Position numbers and translations under genes: made by a program. A stretch of 58,102 bases of DNA. Origin: an uncultured Alphaproteobacteria bacterium. Lineage in GTDB: Bacteria > Pseudomonadota > Alphaproteobacteria > Rickettsiales > UBA1997. The stretch lies in NCBI GenBank assembly GCA_903937405.1, contig CAIZZE010000032.1, positions 1 to 58,102 of the forward strand, read 5' to 3'. Of the stretch, positions 58,102 to 58,102 are shown one piece after another. Positions within the stretch are counted from its first letter, which is position 1. Each line of letters begins with the position of its first letter. Below the pieces are notes generated by a model. It had not been told where the DNA came from, searched no databases, and saw only the letters and a list, made by a program, of their open reading frames with translations.

Positions 58102-58102
58102 A

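Noticed and set aside
1-58102. CRISPR array, rRNA, prophage structural genes, reverse transcriptase or DGR
   Set aside because: No regularly spaced repeats, rRNA signatures, phage structural genes or RT motifs were seen.

Overview
AT-rich alphaproteobacterial chromosome segment, probably from a Rickettsiales-like lineage (inferred from a VirB8/VirB9 pair, an APRc-type aspartic protease and RPE-like palindromes). It keeps biosynthetic genes (glnA, hisC, nadD, nadE, manC, ugd, uxs). The left ~10.3 kb is accessory: an IS630 remnant interrupted by an IS982 remnant, an intact Type ISP restriction-modification gene, two Fic genes and GNAT genes, ending at tRNA-Ser(GGA). The middle is mostly housekeeping (yidC, lon, rodA, parAB with two parS sites, ubiA, pccA, glnA, comM, gltX, dusB, two tRNA-Arg genes) with several palindromic repeats and a zeta-like ATPase module wedged between lon and yidC. 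The best candidate for an undescribed system is a three-gene cassette at 48.8-53.5 kb. It encodes a methyltransferase half with SAM-binding motifs but no catalytic motif, a methyltransferase with the catalytic NPPY but degenerate SAM-binding motifs, and a GIY-YIG/T5orf172-like nuclease fused to an SF2 helicase. The window ends inside a Cys-rich, EGF/laminin-like protein with a Gly-rich C-terminus. All calls come from reading motifs by eye; no searches were run.
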